64,000 nt of DNA. Origin: a virus. The translations under genes were made by a program, and so were the position numbers. The DNA lies in the IMG/VR virus record IMGVR_UViG_3300022555_001761, one strand, 5' to 3'. Below the pieces are notes generated by a model. That model made no database searches. It was given only the letters and a program-made list of their open reading frames with translations, and was not told the origin of the DNA. This document shows positions 55,601-64,000 of the stretch, in pieces. How positions within the stretch are numbered: position 1 is the stretch's first letter; every line of letters begins with the position of its first letter.

Positions 55601-55926
55601 CAACTGTTGCGCCATACTTTAGCAAATTAGACTTGAATCTTACACAAGATGTAAATCTAAAATTTGGTAAAGATGCACACACTGTTAAATTCTCATTGGA
55701 TGTTATAAATGCTGGAAACCTAATAAACAGAGATTGGGGAGCAGTTAAAATTCCTACAGTTACAAACTTCTTAAAATATGAAGGATTAGCTGCAGACGGA
55801 AAAACTCCATCATTCTCTTATCCATTTCAAACAGGAACAACACCATTTGTACAACCTTACCAGAACTCAACTGGTCTTAGTTCAAGATGGCAAATGATGT
55901 TTGGTATCAAATACCTTTTTAATTAA
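52660..55926 (+). CDS. TonB-dependent outer-membrane receptor, SusC/RagA-like with N-terminal CarboxypepD_reg domain
   Basis: signal peptide; GTILEGKSPLPNVIVTAV...TTRSDGRYNL (CarbopepD_reg); plug domain ending YDVKQGGFAGAGINTVTKSGTN; about 1000 aa beta-barrel; C-terminal aromatic ...KYLFN. Confidence 0.85.
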   Translation: MEKLKRVMFVIMLLLFSIVARSQETTSEISGTILEGKSPLPNVIVTAVHVPTGTKYMTTTRSDGRYNLPNVKIGGPYTLTTSFVGYKPETRGDIFLNLGQVYKEDFLLTDAATLLGEVVVKSTNDKNFNSSRMGSQELITRSQVDRLPTINRSIQDFVKLEPTSNGLNVGGRSNQYNNMTVDGANFNNSFGLSSILGGQTSAQPISLDAIEEIQVNVSPYDVKQGGFAGAGINTVTKSGTNKFKGSIYQYSRNENYLGYNVGPTTVVKTPFDYKIKGFSIGGPIIENKLFFFVSAEQVRQDAPATSMLTSDASHAAGGNYSQANSDTLTVLSNFLKSKYGYDPGEFQGYTFKTYSDKITAKLDWNINAKNTFTLKYNYLKSSADQYASTSRPGSGQVTGGQPGTYSMPFFGSGYVINNNFNILIAELNTRFSNKLSNKLQVGYTELKDFRSPHSSSETLPLVDILNNGNIYTSFGYEMYTYNNKLNTTVYQLNDILTYYKGAHELTIGTQNSLKKYQNAFAPGYQGVYQFNSLTDFYNSAKYGTANAKSYYLQYSALPGGEFPWAYAGSTELSQFVQDKWKVSNNFTLTYGLRIDETIYKQAMTDNPYFDALKFKDGVTYNIGDAPMNNVIVSPRLGFNWNPRGDKSLQVRGGTGIFAGPPPFVWISNQASNNGIQFGSFTNSKVAFNVDPNAYRPTAGAANTSYSTALVSNNFKYPTAWKSSLAVDKRLTGGWILGAEYTYTKDINAVYYSNVNLNETNGFNLAGVDNRTRFLTSVANTNKYYYGSTLANPNLGNAILMSNTNQGYVYTLTFKVQRNTANLAYGIAYTHSVSKNTAEGGSTASSLWSAASVSNQDPNSANLGYASYYQPNRIIANFAYKINEGKHLATTIGAIYELANNGVNSYVYNGDLNGDGNSGNDLIYIPKTASDINLVKVGSGGLGTLTSTDTRTAAQIWSQVDAFISNSTYLNTHRGEYAGRNATVAPYFSKLDLNLTQDVNLKFGKDAHTVKFSLDVINAGNLINRDWGAVKIPTVTNFLKYEGLAADGKTPSFSYPFQTGTTPFVQPYQNSTGLSSRWQMMFGIKYLFN

Positions 55927-55942
55927 TCTTAATTAATCATAG

Positions 55943-55977
55943 AAAAAAGAGATCATCTAAAAAATGATCTTTTTTTA
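55943..55977 (+). terminator. rho-independent terminator
   Basis: AAAAAAGAGATCAT-ctaaaaa-ATGATCTTTTTTTATTT. Confidence 0.7.
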
Positions 55978-56031
55978 TTTTAAACATTTTGAGTATTATT
56001 TTCTATACTATTTAGAATAAATATAAATAAT

Positions 56032-56796
56032 ATGAGAGGAATAAACACAATTTATAATGAAGACAATTTAACAACTATGAGTAAAATGCCAGATCATTTT
56101 ATATCTGGAATTATAACTTCACCACCCTACAATATGGGAAGAAATCCTAATCATCGTAGAAAAGATCAAGATGATTTTCATTTATATGAAAATGATGTAG
56201 ATAATCTTACAACTGAGCAATATTTAGAATTAAGATTAAAAGAATTCAAAGAATTTCAAAGAATACTTAAACCAGATGGTGTTATATGTTATAACATGTC
56301 ATATTCTGGAGACAATCCAATACTACCAACTTTACTTTTAAATAAGATTCATACTGAAACTGATTTAACTCTTACTGATATTATAATATGGAAAAAGAAC
56401 TCAGCAAGTCCATTTCAAACAAGTCCAAATAAACTAACAAGAATATCAGAATTGATTTATATAATTGTAAATAAGAAATATCTAAATACTTTCAAGGCAA
56501 ATAAAGAAGTTAGTACAATCAATGAAAAAACAAATCAAAAGTTTTATAAAAACTACACAAATTTAATAGAAGCTAAAAATAATGATGGATTCAAAACAAA
56601 ATTAAAAGCAACCTACTCAAGTGAATTAGTTGAAAAATTAATTCATATCTATTTTCCTGAAAAATCACTAATATATGATCCATTTATGGGAATTGGTACA
56701 ACAGCAAAAGGTTGTATTAATAAAAATTGCAACTATATTGGTAGTGAAAGAGTTGAAGAATTTTATAATGATACTAAAATGAATATAAATAAATGA
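56032..56796 (+). CDS. beta-class DNA N6-adenine/N4-cytosine methyltransferase, solo
   Basis: motif IV IITSPPYNMG near the N-terminus and motif I DPFMGIGTT near the C-terminus (PF01555 order); no adjacent restriction enzyme. Confidence 0.7.
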   Translation: MRGINTIYNEDNLTTMSKMPDHFISGIITSPPYNMGRNPNHRRKDQDDFHLYENDVDNLTTEQYLELRLKEFKEFQRILKPDGVICYNMSYSGDNPILPTLLLNKIHTETDLTLTDIIIWKKNSASPFQTSPNKLTRISELIYIIVNKKYLNTFKANKEVSTINEKTNQKFYKNYTNLIEAKNNDGFKTKLKATYSSELVEKLIHIYFPEKSLIYDPFMGIGTTAKGCINKNCNYIGSERVEEFYNDTKMNINK

Positions 56797-59480
56797 TATA
56801 CAAAGATAGGGAAGAATTTCTTAAACTAATAAATGAATTAAATCTTAAAATTGGTTGTGATATTGGTGTTTATAAAGGAGATTATAGCATTAAAATATTA
56901 GAAAAAACAAATTTATCAAAATTATATTTAATTGATTCTTGGCAACATTTAGATAATTACAACGATATTTCAAATCATAGCAATCCAGAATTTGATTTTA
57001 TATTACAAGGAGTTAAAAACAAAATATCAAATCATAAAGAACGAGTTGAAATAATTAAAGGATTATCTGAAAATATAGTTAATAATTTTGAAGATGATTA
57101 CTTTGATTTTTTATACTTAGATGCAGATCACTCTTATTCAGCGTCTAAAAAAGATGTTAGCTTATGGTATAGTAAAGTTAAACCTGGTGGCATATTTTCT
57201 GGACATGATTATTTAAATGGTAGCCTACCTCAAGGTGAATTTGGTGTAAAGCAATCAATAGATGAATTTGTTAAACAAAATAATCTAGAATTACACGTTA
57301 CAGGAGAAGATCAATGGAAATCTTGGTTTATAATTAAACCTAATAAATTGGACACTGTAATATATTGTACAGAAAATTATTATGAAACTTCAGTAAACTT
57401 AATTAATACATTAAATTTATTTCATGATAACCTTAATATTCATTTATATGAAATAAATTTCAACAAAAATCCTCATATAAATAATGTAAATATCATAAAT
57501 TTAGAAGATAAAAGAATAGGTGATATTCAATTTGAAGGTGATAGAAATAATATGAATAATCATAATATGTTTAGAGCTATATTCTTAAAAAGTAAAGTTA
57601 TTTTACATTCAATAAAAGAATTAAAATTAAAAAAAGTTTTATACTTAGATGCAGACATTTTACCAAACAGCAAATTGGACTTATTATTTGAAAAATTTAA
57701 AGATATTACAAATTATCCATTAATTCAAAAAGGACCAGCAGAATATATATTTTTTACTGATTTTAATCCTGATAGTACTATTAAAGGTATAAGAGGTAAT
57801 CCTTATGAAAATGGTTATTTTGAACCAACTAAAATATTAGAATATCCAATATGTCAACAATTAGGAATTCCTATTGAAAATAGAATTTGTTATGCGAATG
57901 CATCTATTGTTTTATATAATTCAAATTGTCTAGAATTTATTGAAGAATATGATAAAATAAATGAATCAACATTTAATTTAAGTTTAGACGAAATTAGACA
58001 TTATTACCCATTTGCGGATGAAACCACTATAAATATTCTTTTGTGGAAGTATAAATATAATAATAGACTACCATTTGTTCAAGTAAATATAAATAATATA
58101 GATGAAGTAAAAGAATTTTATTACTCTTATTATAATGAAGAAAAAATATATTCAACATTTACAAAAATACCATCAGATTTAGAAAAACCGAACAAATACA
58201 TATTTCATGGAGTAAAAAATAAAACATCCAAAGAAACATCAGATTTTATTAAGAATTTTTATTTTAATAATAAAAACTTTAATATAAGATGCAATTTAGA
58301 TGAAAATAGAACATATATCTATTGTAACTCAAAATTGAAAGTTAAAGTTAATTTATATGAATGGAATTCATACTATGATAGCAATACATTATTATATAGC
58401 ACATTATCATTCTTTAATAATAACGAATTATGGTATTCTACAACAAATTTAAATAATATAAAAGGATTAAAAGTTGAAATAACATATGATAATGTTATAT
58501 TGAAAGAACAACATTTTAATTTCAAAAATATACACAATCAAAAAATAAAAAAACAAGTTTTGGTTTTACATTCTCAAGTTGGCATTGGAGATAATTTATC
58601 AGCAACACCAACAATAAAAAAAATGTCAGAAATATATAATCAAAAAGTTACAATACTAACATATATACCATCAGCATTTATTAATAACCCTTACATAGAT
58701 CAAATTATACCAATAAATAACAATTTAGATCAATTGCTAAATTCATTTAATATTCAAAATTTTGATATACACCATTTATTTAATCTTATTGGTACAAATT
58801 GGAGATTAATTGATCACAAACAAATTTGTGCATATAATTGTGGTTTTCAGTTAAAATCAAATGAACTTGATATGGAGTTTTACCCAGATGAATTTGAAAA
58901 AATAGAAAATTTACCTGAAAACTTTATATGCATAAATCCATCTGAAACAGAACCTGAAAGAACCTGGGGTTATAAAAATTGGCAGGATTTTATAGATTTA
59001 ATACAAGAACATATTCCAGTAGTTGCAATTGGAAAAGAAACATTTTTAGATGTGAATCTAAATAAAAAATTTTCTAATATTCAAATAAAAAATGGTTTAA
59101 ATCTATTAAATAATCCTTGTCAGAATACTATATCACAAGCTTATCATATAATAAGTAAAAGCAAAACATTTGTAACCATGAACAATGGATTATATATTCT
59201 ATCTCTTTGTAATTTAGATAATCATATAACAGAACTATCAACATCTTGGAACACATATTTTTATAGAATAAGAAAAGGTGTTGAAAATTATAATTTAGAT
59301 TATGTAAGGGGTGAATGTAAAGTGGAATGTTTGGCTAATCCAAAAATTTGTATAGATCAATCATGCACTACACAAATTCTAAAATCTGGTATTTGTTACC
59401 TAAATAAACCTACATATGAGTGTCACCCAACACCAGAACAAGTTTGTAATTCTATATTAAAATCATTAAATATAAAATGA
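56793..59480 (+). CDS. tri-domain glycan-modifying protein: TylF/MycF-like class I SAM O-methyltransferase plus GT8-like DxD glycosyltransferase plus GT9 (heptosyltransferase)-like domain
   Basis: N-terminal GCDIGVYKGDYS...LYLDADHSYSASKKDVSLWYSKVKPGGIFSGHDY; middle VLYLDADILPNSKLD (DxD); C-terminal LHSQVGIGDNLSATPTIKKM. Confidence 0.55.
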   Translation: MIYKDREEFLKLINELNLKIGCDIGVYKGDYSIKILEKTNLSKLYLIDSWQHLDNYNDISNHSNPEFDFILQGVKNKISNHKERVEIIKGLSENIVNNFEDDYFDFLYLDADHSYSASKKDVSLWYSKVKPGGIFSGHDYLNGSLPQGEFGVKQSIDEFVKQNNLELHVTGEDQWKSWFIIKPNKLDTVIYCTENYYETSVNLINTLNLFHDNLNIHLYEINFNKNPHINNVNIINLEDKRIGDIQFEGDRNNMNNHNMFRAIFLKSKVILHSIKELKLKKVLYLDADILPNSKLDLLFEKFKDITNYPLIQKGPAEYIFFTDFNPDSTIKGIRGNPYENGYFEPTKILEYPICQQLGIPIENRICYANASIVLYNSNCLEFIEEYDKINESTFNLSLDEIRHYYPFADETTINILLWKYKYNNRLPFVQVNINNIDEVKEFYYSYYNEEKIYSTFTKIPSDLEKPNKYIFHGVKNKTSKETSDFIKNFYFNNKNFNIRCNLDENRTYIYCNSKLKVKVNLYEWNSYYDSNTLLYSTLSFFNNNELWYSTTNLNNIKGLKVEITYDNVILKEQHFNFKNIHNQKIKKQVLVLHSQVGIGDNLSATPTIKKMSEIYNQKVTILTYIPSAFINNPYIDQIIPINNNLDQLLNSFNIQNFDIHHLFNLIGTNWRLIDHKQICAYNCGFQLKSNELDMEFYPDEFEKIENLPENFICINPSETEPERTWGYKNWQDFIDLIQEHIPVVAIGKETFLDVNLNKKFSNIQIKNGLNLLNNPCQNTISQAYHIISKSKTFVTMNNGLYILSLCNLDNHITELSTSWNTYFYRIRKGVENYNLDYVRGECKVECLANPKICIDQSCTTQILKSGICYLNKPTYECHPTPEQVCNSILKSLNIK

Positions 59481-60637
59481 AAACATTATATTTTACTAAT
59501 TTTAATTGTCATAATGGTGATTTGCATTATTATAGGGAATTTATAAAAGATATAATAAATAAAACTGATTTTGATAACTATTATTTATTAGAAAAAAAAT
59601 CATCATCAAAATTATTATTAGATATACCTAAAATTAATTTTGGGGAGTTAAATGAAAATTGTTTCATAGATCAAACATACTATAAAATAAATCAAGATGT
59701 TTATATAAATATTCATTTTGTAAGAACAAATCCTTTGTACTATTTTGCATTAAAAGACAATGAATGGCTATTATATAAGTCATTACTTGAAGCATACTAT
59801 AAATACTATTCTTTCATTTATAATAAGCTTAATATTCAATTAAGTGAAAAAAACCTATACATACCAGAAATAGATTATTCAAAATATGAAATTTCAAATA
59901 TAGATAACTATATTCAGCAAAATGACAAATTCAAAGTTTTAATCTGCAATGGCAAAGTTTTATCAGCTCAGTCAGATATTTCACTTGATGAAATAATTAT
60001 AAATTTATCTGATTTACATCCAAATATTGATTTTATACTAACTAAAAAAATAGACACAATAAAAGAAAACATATTGTTTACAGATGATATTATAAAATGT
60101 CAATTGCCAGATTTAAATGAAATATCTTACTTATCTACCTATTGCAATATAATTGTTGGTAGAGCATCTGGACCATATTGTTACACATTAACAAAAAGTA
60201 ATTTTAATGATCCATATAAAACATTTATAGCTATAACAACTAGTTATATTATGGCTTTTTATTCAGAGTTTAGTAAATCTGATAGAATATTAATCACTAA
60301 TGACAATAGTGATAATATCTTTAATGTTATTAATGAAGAAGTTATAAAAAAATACAAATTATTTTCAAATAAAAGAAATGTTACAAAATTAAATATATCC
60401 AAAGAAAATAATAAAATACAATTTAATTGCACAGAAGATTTATATAATATTTCAATTCAATCTTTTATAGATTTAAATAATGATGGCAATTTCGATAGAT
60501 CATATGGACTATCATATGAAAGAATTACAAAAAATACGGGCTATTTTTTCATTATAAGTAGGATAGTTCTAAACGGAAGTAAAGTAAAATTACAATTTAT
60601 ACACTTTCATGAAATATTATATGAAGTGATATTATAA
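59477..60637 (+). CDS. hypothetical protein in the glycosylation cluster
   Basis: track ORF 386 aa, no recognisable motif. Confidence 0.4.
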   Translation: MKTLYFTNFNCHNGDLHYYREFIKDIINKTDFDNYYLLEKKSSSKLLLDIPKINFGELNENCFIDQTYYKINQDVYINIHFVRTNPLYYFALKDNEWLLYKSLLEAYYKYYSFIYNKLNIQLSEKNLYIPEIDYSKYEISNIDNYIQQNDKFKVLICNGKVLSAQSDISLDEIIINLSDLHPNIDFILTKKIDTIKENILFTDDIIKCQLPDLNEISYLSTYCNIIVGRASGPYCYTLTKSNFNDPYKTFIAITTSYIMAFYSEFSKSDRILITNDNSDNIFNVINEEVIKKYKLFSNKRNVTKLNISKENNKIQFNCTEDLYNISIQSFIDLNNDGNFDRSYGLSYERITKNTGYFFIISRIVLNGSKVKLQFIHFHEILYEVIL

Positions 60638-60650
60638 AAACAAATAAAAA

Positions 60651-61424
60651 ATGAAAAATTTAGTAATAGGCAACACATCACAATTATCTTATTATTTTCC
60701 AGATGATTATGAAAAAATATCATCCAGAGATATATTTTTCACAGAAGAACTTTATGATAGAGTTTATATTTGCTTTGCTGAGCAAAGAACTTATATTCAA
60801 GATAATAGAGATATTTTTTTAAATACAAATATTGATTACACACTCAAAATAATAGATCATTTTAGTAAGTATTCTAATAAAATTATAATATATGGCACGA
60901 GTGAATTATGGAACAATTGTAATGGAACTATAGATATAACTACACCATATAATTATAAATCAACAAATTATATAGATTCTAAAAAAATAATGATTGAAAA
61001 AATAAAAGATAAATATGAAAAAGTTATAGTTCTTTATCCATTTAATTTCAATTCTATTTACAGAAAAGAAGGTTTTTTATTTTCTAAAATTTTTGATTCA
61101 ATTATTAATGAAAAGAAGATAACTATTGGAAACACATATTTTTACAGAGAATTAATACATCCAAAATTTGTTGTAGATCAATCTATAAAAGCTCAATCAG
61201 ATGATATAATTGGATCTGGAAGATTAATATTTGTTAATGATTTTATTAGAAGTTTATATTCTCATTTTAATATGAATTATGATGACTTTGTTACAGAGAG
61301 TTATAAAGAAAATATAACATCAGATGAAAGAATTTTTTATTTAAAATCTAAACAAGTGTTATATAATGATCTATATAATGATACTATTTCTGAAATAGAA
61401 AAAATAAAAGTAATAAATGGATAG
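60651..61424 (+). CDS. hypothetical protein, possibly a degenerate Rossmann/epimerase-like fold
   Basis: N-terminal LVIGNTSQLS resembles a degraded GxxGxxG; tentative. Confidence 0.3.
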   Translation: MKNLVIGNTSQLSYYFPDDYEKISSRDIFFTEELYDRVYICFAEQRTYIQDNRDIFLNTNIDYTLKIIDHFSKYSNKIIIYGTSELWNNCNGTIDITTPYNYKSTNYIDSKKIMIEKIKDKYEKVIVLYPFNFNSIYRKEGFLFSKIFDSIINEKKITIGNTYFYRELIHPKFVVDQSIKAQSDDIIGSGRLIFVNDFIRSLYSHFNMNYDDFVTESYKENITSDERIFYLKSKQVLYNDLYNDTISEIEKIKVING

Positions 61425-62574
61425 AATTACACTAGTTAAGGATACTATTGATACTAATGATATTAGTTTATTAATAGAATGGTTAAAAACAAACCCAATA
61501 CTCACCAAAAATAAACTTACTATAGAATTTGAAGAGAAATTTTCTAAATATCAAAATAGAAAATATTCGGTATACGTCAATTCTGGATCATCAGCTAACC
61601 TTGCTATGATTTATAGTTTATTAATTTCTGGTAAATTAAAAAACAAAAATATTATACTGCCTGCAGTCTCATGGACAACAACTGTTGCTCCAATTATTCA
61701 AGTAGGATTAAATCCTATATTATGTGATTGTGATAAAGAAACACTTGGGTTAGATATTGATGATCTAAAAAGATTAATAAAAGAACATAGTCCATCTGTT
61801 GTAATGTTAGTTCATGTACTTGGATTTCCAAATAAAATGAAAGAAATAATTGACTTATGCTTAGAAAATGACATTATTTTATTAGAAGATTCTTGTGAAA
61901 GTATTGGTTCAACATATAATGGTATAAAAACTGGTTCATTTGGTTTAATGAGTTCATTTTCATTTTATTTCGGTCATCATTTATCAACAATAGAAGGTGG
62001 TATGATCACAACAGATGATTACGAATTATATAGCATATTAAAATCAATAAGAGCGCATGGCTGGGATAGAGATTTAGATGAACCATTTAAATCTGAATTA
62101 AAAAAGGGATTTGAAGTTGATGAATTCGAAGATTTATATAAATTTTATTATCCTGGGTTCAATTTAAGATCAACAGACTTACAAGCATTCATTGGAATAC
62201 ATCAAATGGATAAAATTGATAGGGTAGTTCACACCAGGCAATTTAATTATTTTTATTACAATGAATTAATTAAAAATGATTATTGGAAAATTACTGATTT
62301 TCCAAATACATATATTTCAAATTTTGCCTATCCTATAATTCATCCAAATAGGAAAAAAATTGCAGAAGAATTAAATAAAGGAGGTGTTGACTGTAGACCA
62401 TTAATTTGTGGGTCTATTGGAAATCAGCCTTATTGGGTAAAATTATACGGTAAACAATCTTTTAACTTTGCTGATATAGTAGATAAATATGGATTGTATG
62501 TGCCAAATAATCCAGATATAGGACTAGAAGAAGTAGAGTATATCTGTGATATAATAAATAAAAATGTAATATGA
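61417..62574 (+). CDS. colD: GDP-4-keto-6-deoxy-D-mannose 3-dehydratase (ColD; PLP/PMP enzyme with His in place of the Schiff-base Lys)
   Basis: PAVSWTTT, ILLEDSCESIGSTYNGIKTGSFGLMSSFSFYFGHHLSTIEGGMITTDDYELYSILKSIRAHGWDRD, YPGFNLR align closely with E. coli O55 ColD (PAVSWSTT; ILLEDNCESMGATFNNKCAGTFGLMGTFSSFYSHHIATMEGGCIVTDDEEIYHILLCIRAHGWTRN). Confidence 0.85.
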   Translation: MDRITLVKDTIDTNDISLLIEWLKTNPILTKNKLTIEFEEKFSKYQNRKYSVYVNSGSSANLAMIYSLLISGKLKNKNIILPAVSWTTTVAPIIQVGLNPILCDCDKETLGLDIDDLKRLIKEHSPSVVMLVHVLGFPNKMKEIIDLCLENDIILLEDSCESIGSTYNGIKTGSFGLMSSFSFYFGHHLSTIEGGMITTDDYELYSILKSIRAHGWDRDLDEPFKSELKKGFEVDEFEDLYKFYYPGFNLRSTDLQAFIGIHQMDKIDRVVHTRQFNYFYYNELIKNDYWKITDFPNTYISNFAYPIIHPNRKKIAEELNKGGVDCRPLICGSIGNQPYWVKLYGKQSFNFADIVDKYGLYVPNNPDIGLEEVEYICDIINKNVI

Positions 62575-62915
62575 TAGGTGAAAGAATAGAAGATATCATT
62601 AAAACAACAATTAATAATACATTAAATAAATCAACAAATGTGGATATGCCATCTGATATTATTGAAACTGATAATATTGGTGAAGTAATAGAAAAATTAT
62701 CAATACTACATTGTAGAATGTGGTATTTAGAAGATGCAATTGGATTATCAACTTCAGATGCAGAAATTGCTGATTTGAAAAGGAAAATTGACATTTGTTT
62801 TAAACAAAAAAGACCAAAATATGTTGAGGCGATTAACAGAATGATGGAAAAATCAATTATAGAAGGAAAATCTTTAATTGAAGATTCTGTAAAACTTTAT
62901 AAAGGTCACGAATAA
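62571..62915 (+). CDS. hypothetical protein between colD and colC
   Basis: track ORF 114 aa. Confidence 0.4.
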   Translation: MIGERIEDIIKTTINNTLNKSTNVDMPSDIIETDNIGEVIEKLSILHCRMWYLEDAIGLSTSDAEIADLKRKIDICFKQKRPKYVEAINRMMEKSIIEGKSLIEDSVKLYKGHE

Positions 62916-62930
62916 AAATAATTAATATGA

Positions 62931-63860
62931 ATGGAATTAAATAGTAAAATTTTTGTAGCTGGACATAATGGAATGGTCGGTAGTGCAATAGTTAGAAAAT
63001 TAAAAAATGAAGGTTATACTAATATAATTACTGCTAGTCATCAAGAGCTTGATCTTACAAATCAATCTAGAACTTATAATTATTTTAAGAACGAAAAACC
63101 AGATTATGTATTTTTAGCCGCAGCAAAAGTTGGTGGAATTATGGCTAATAATCTATATCCTGCTGAATATATTTATCAAAATCTAATGATTGAAACAAAT
63201 GTGATAAACTCTTGTTTCAATTTTGATGTTAAAAAATTGCTTTTATTAGGATCAAGTTGTATCTATCCTAGAGAATGTCCACAGCCAATTAAGGAAGAAT
63301 ATTTATTGTCAGGATATTTAGAGCAAACAAATGATGCATACGCAATAGCAAAAATTGCTGGTATTAAAATGTGTCAATCATATAATAAACAATATAATAC
63401 AAATTATATTTCTGTAATGCCAACAAATCTTTATGGACCTAACGATTCATATCATCTTGAAAATTCACACGTGTTTCCAGCAATGATAAGGAAAATTCAC
63501 GAAGCAAAAGTAAGAGGTGATAAATCTATCACTCTTTGGGGTACTGGATCACCTTATAGAGAATTCTTACATGTTTATGATTTAGCGGATGCTTGTTTGT
63601 TTTTAATGGAAAATTATAACCAAAATGAAATAATCAATATAGGTAGTGGTAAAGATTTAACAATAAAAGATTTAGCACTATTAATGAAAAAGATTATAGA
63701 ATTTGAAGGAGAAATATATTTTGATTCATCTAAACCAGATGGAACACCAAAGAAACTTTTAGATGTTTCTAAACTACATTCATTAGGATGGAATCATACT
63801 ATTGAATTAGAAGAAGGTATAAAAGAAACTTATAAAAATTATCTAACTACGTTAGAATAA
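62931..63860 (+). CDS. fcl: GDP-L-colitose synthase / GDP-L-fucose synthase family (ColC or Fcl)
   Basis: FVAGHNGMVGSAI...YVFLAAAKVGGIMANN.YPAE.IYQNLMIE.N...LLLLGSSCIYP...YAIAKIAGIKMCQSYN.QY...SVMPTNLYGPND...NSHV.PA...GTPKKLLDVSKLHSLGW closely parallels E. coli Fcl. Confidence 0.85.
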   Translation: MELNSKIFVAGHNGMVGSAIVRKLKNEGYTNIITASHQELDLTNQSRTYNYFKNEKPDYVFLAAAKVGGIMANNLYPAEYIYQNLMIETNVINSCFNFDVKKLLLLGSSCIYPRECPQPIKEEYLLSGYLEQTNDAYAIAKIAGIKMCQSYNKQYNTNYISVMPTNLYGPNDSYHLENSHVFPAMIRKIHEAKVRGDKSITLWGTGSPYREFLHVYDLADACLFLMENYNQNEIINIGSGKDLTIKDLALLMKKIIEFEGEIYFDSSKPDGTPKKLLDVSKLHSLGWNHTIELEEGIKETYKNYLTTLE

Positions 63861-63876
63861 AAATAATTATTAATAA

Positions 63877-64000
<124 letters not shown>

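Overview
This 64 kb window is very AT-rich and densely packed with mostly small genes that overlap by ATGA, giving a phage- or virus-like mobilome architecture. Recognisable genes include three GIY-YIG homing endonucleases, a truncated HNH remnant and two standalone NUMOD3 DNA-binding remnants. Two IS605-type TnpB genes are present (one with a degenerate zinc finger), together with a Rnl2-like RNA ligase, dNMP nucleotidase, two NADAR proteins, Nudix, HD and CYTH proteins, a glucosaminidase endolysin, a solo DNA methyltransferase and a MutH-like nuclease. Bacterial-type genes sit alongside: a SusC-like TonB-dependent receptor, CspA, GmhA, PduO-type cobalamin adenosyltransferase, an LpxH-like phosphatase and a GT2 glycosyltransferase. 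Promoters follow the Bacteroidota sigma-A pattern (-7 TAnnTTTG; recurring TAYYTTTGTA boxes) and many hairpin terminators are visible. There are also eukaryote-like proteins: RCC1 repeats, ankyrin repeats and a full-length major vault protein homolog. The most notable items are listed below.
- A bona fide MVP (vault shell) homolog with two small downstream ORFs.
- Two large families of unrelated small proteins sharing conserved terminal peptides: family B with a C-terminal [FYW]xRK(K/E)KLEK(I/L) tail, and family A with an N-terminal MK[HY][IL]KTFE plus a C-terminal K[YF]N[IL] stop.
- A LAGLIDADG intein inserted exactly in the EX7E catalytic motif of a GT4 glycosyltransferase.
- A colD-colC/fcl-gmd GDP-colitose-type cluster with methyltransferase and glycosyltransferase fusion enzymes.
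- A tRNA(CGA)-like gene with a 116-nt insertion, followed by a GC-richer noncoding region.
- An RHH plus minimal nucleotidyltransferase pair with tandem TTAACAT repeats.
- A radical-SAM plus degenerate GGDEF pair.
No CRISPR array or rRNA was seen. Most likely this is a jumbo phage or virus-like element (or a heavily mobilome-invaded island) of a very AT-rich Bacteroidota-associated genome. Organism identity cannot be fixed from sequence alone.
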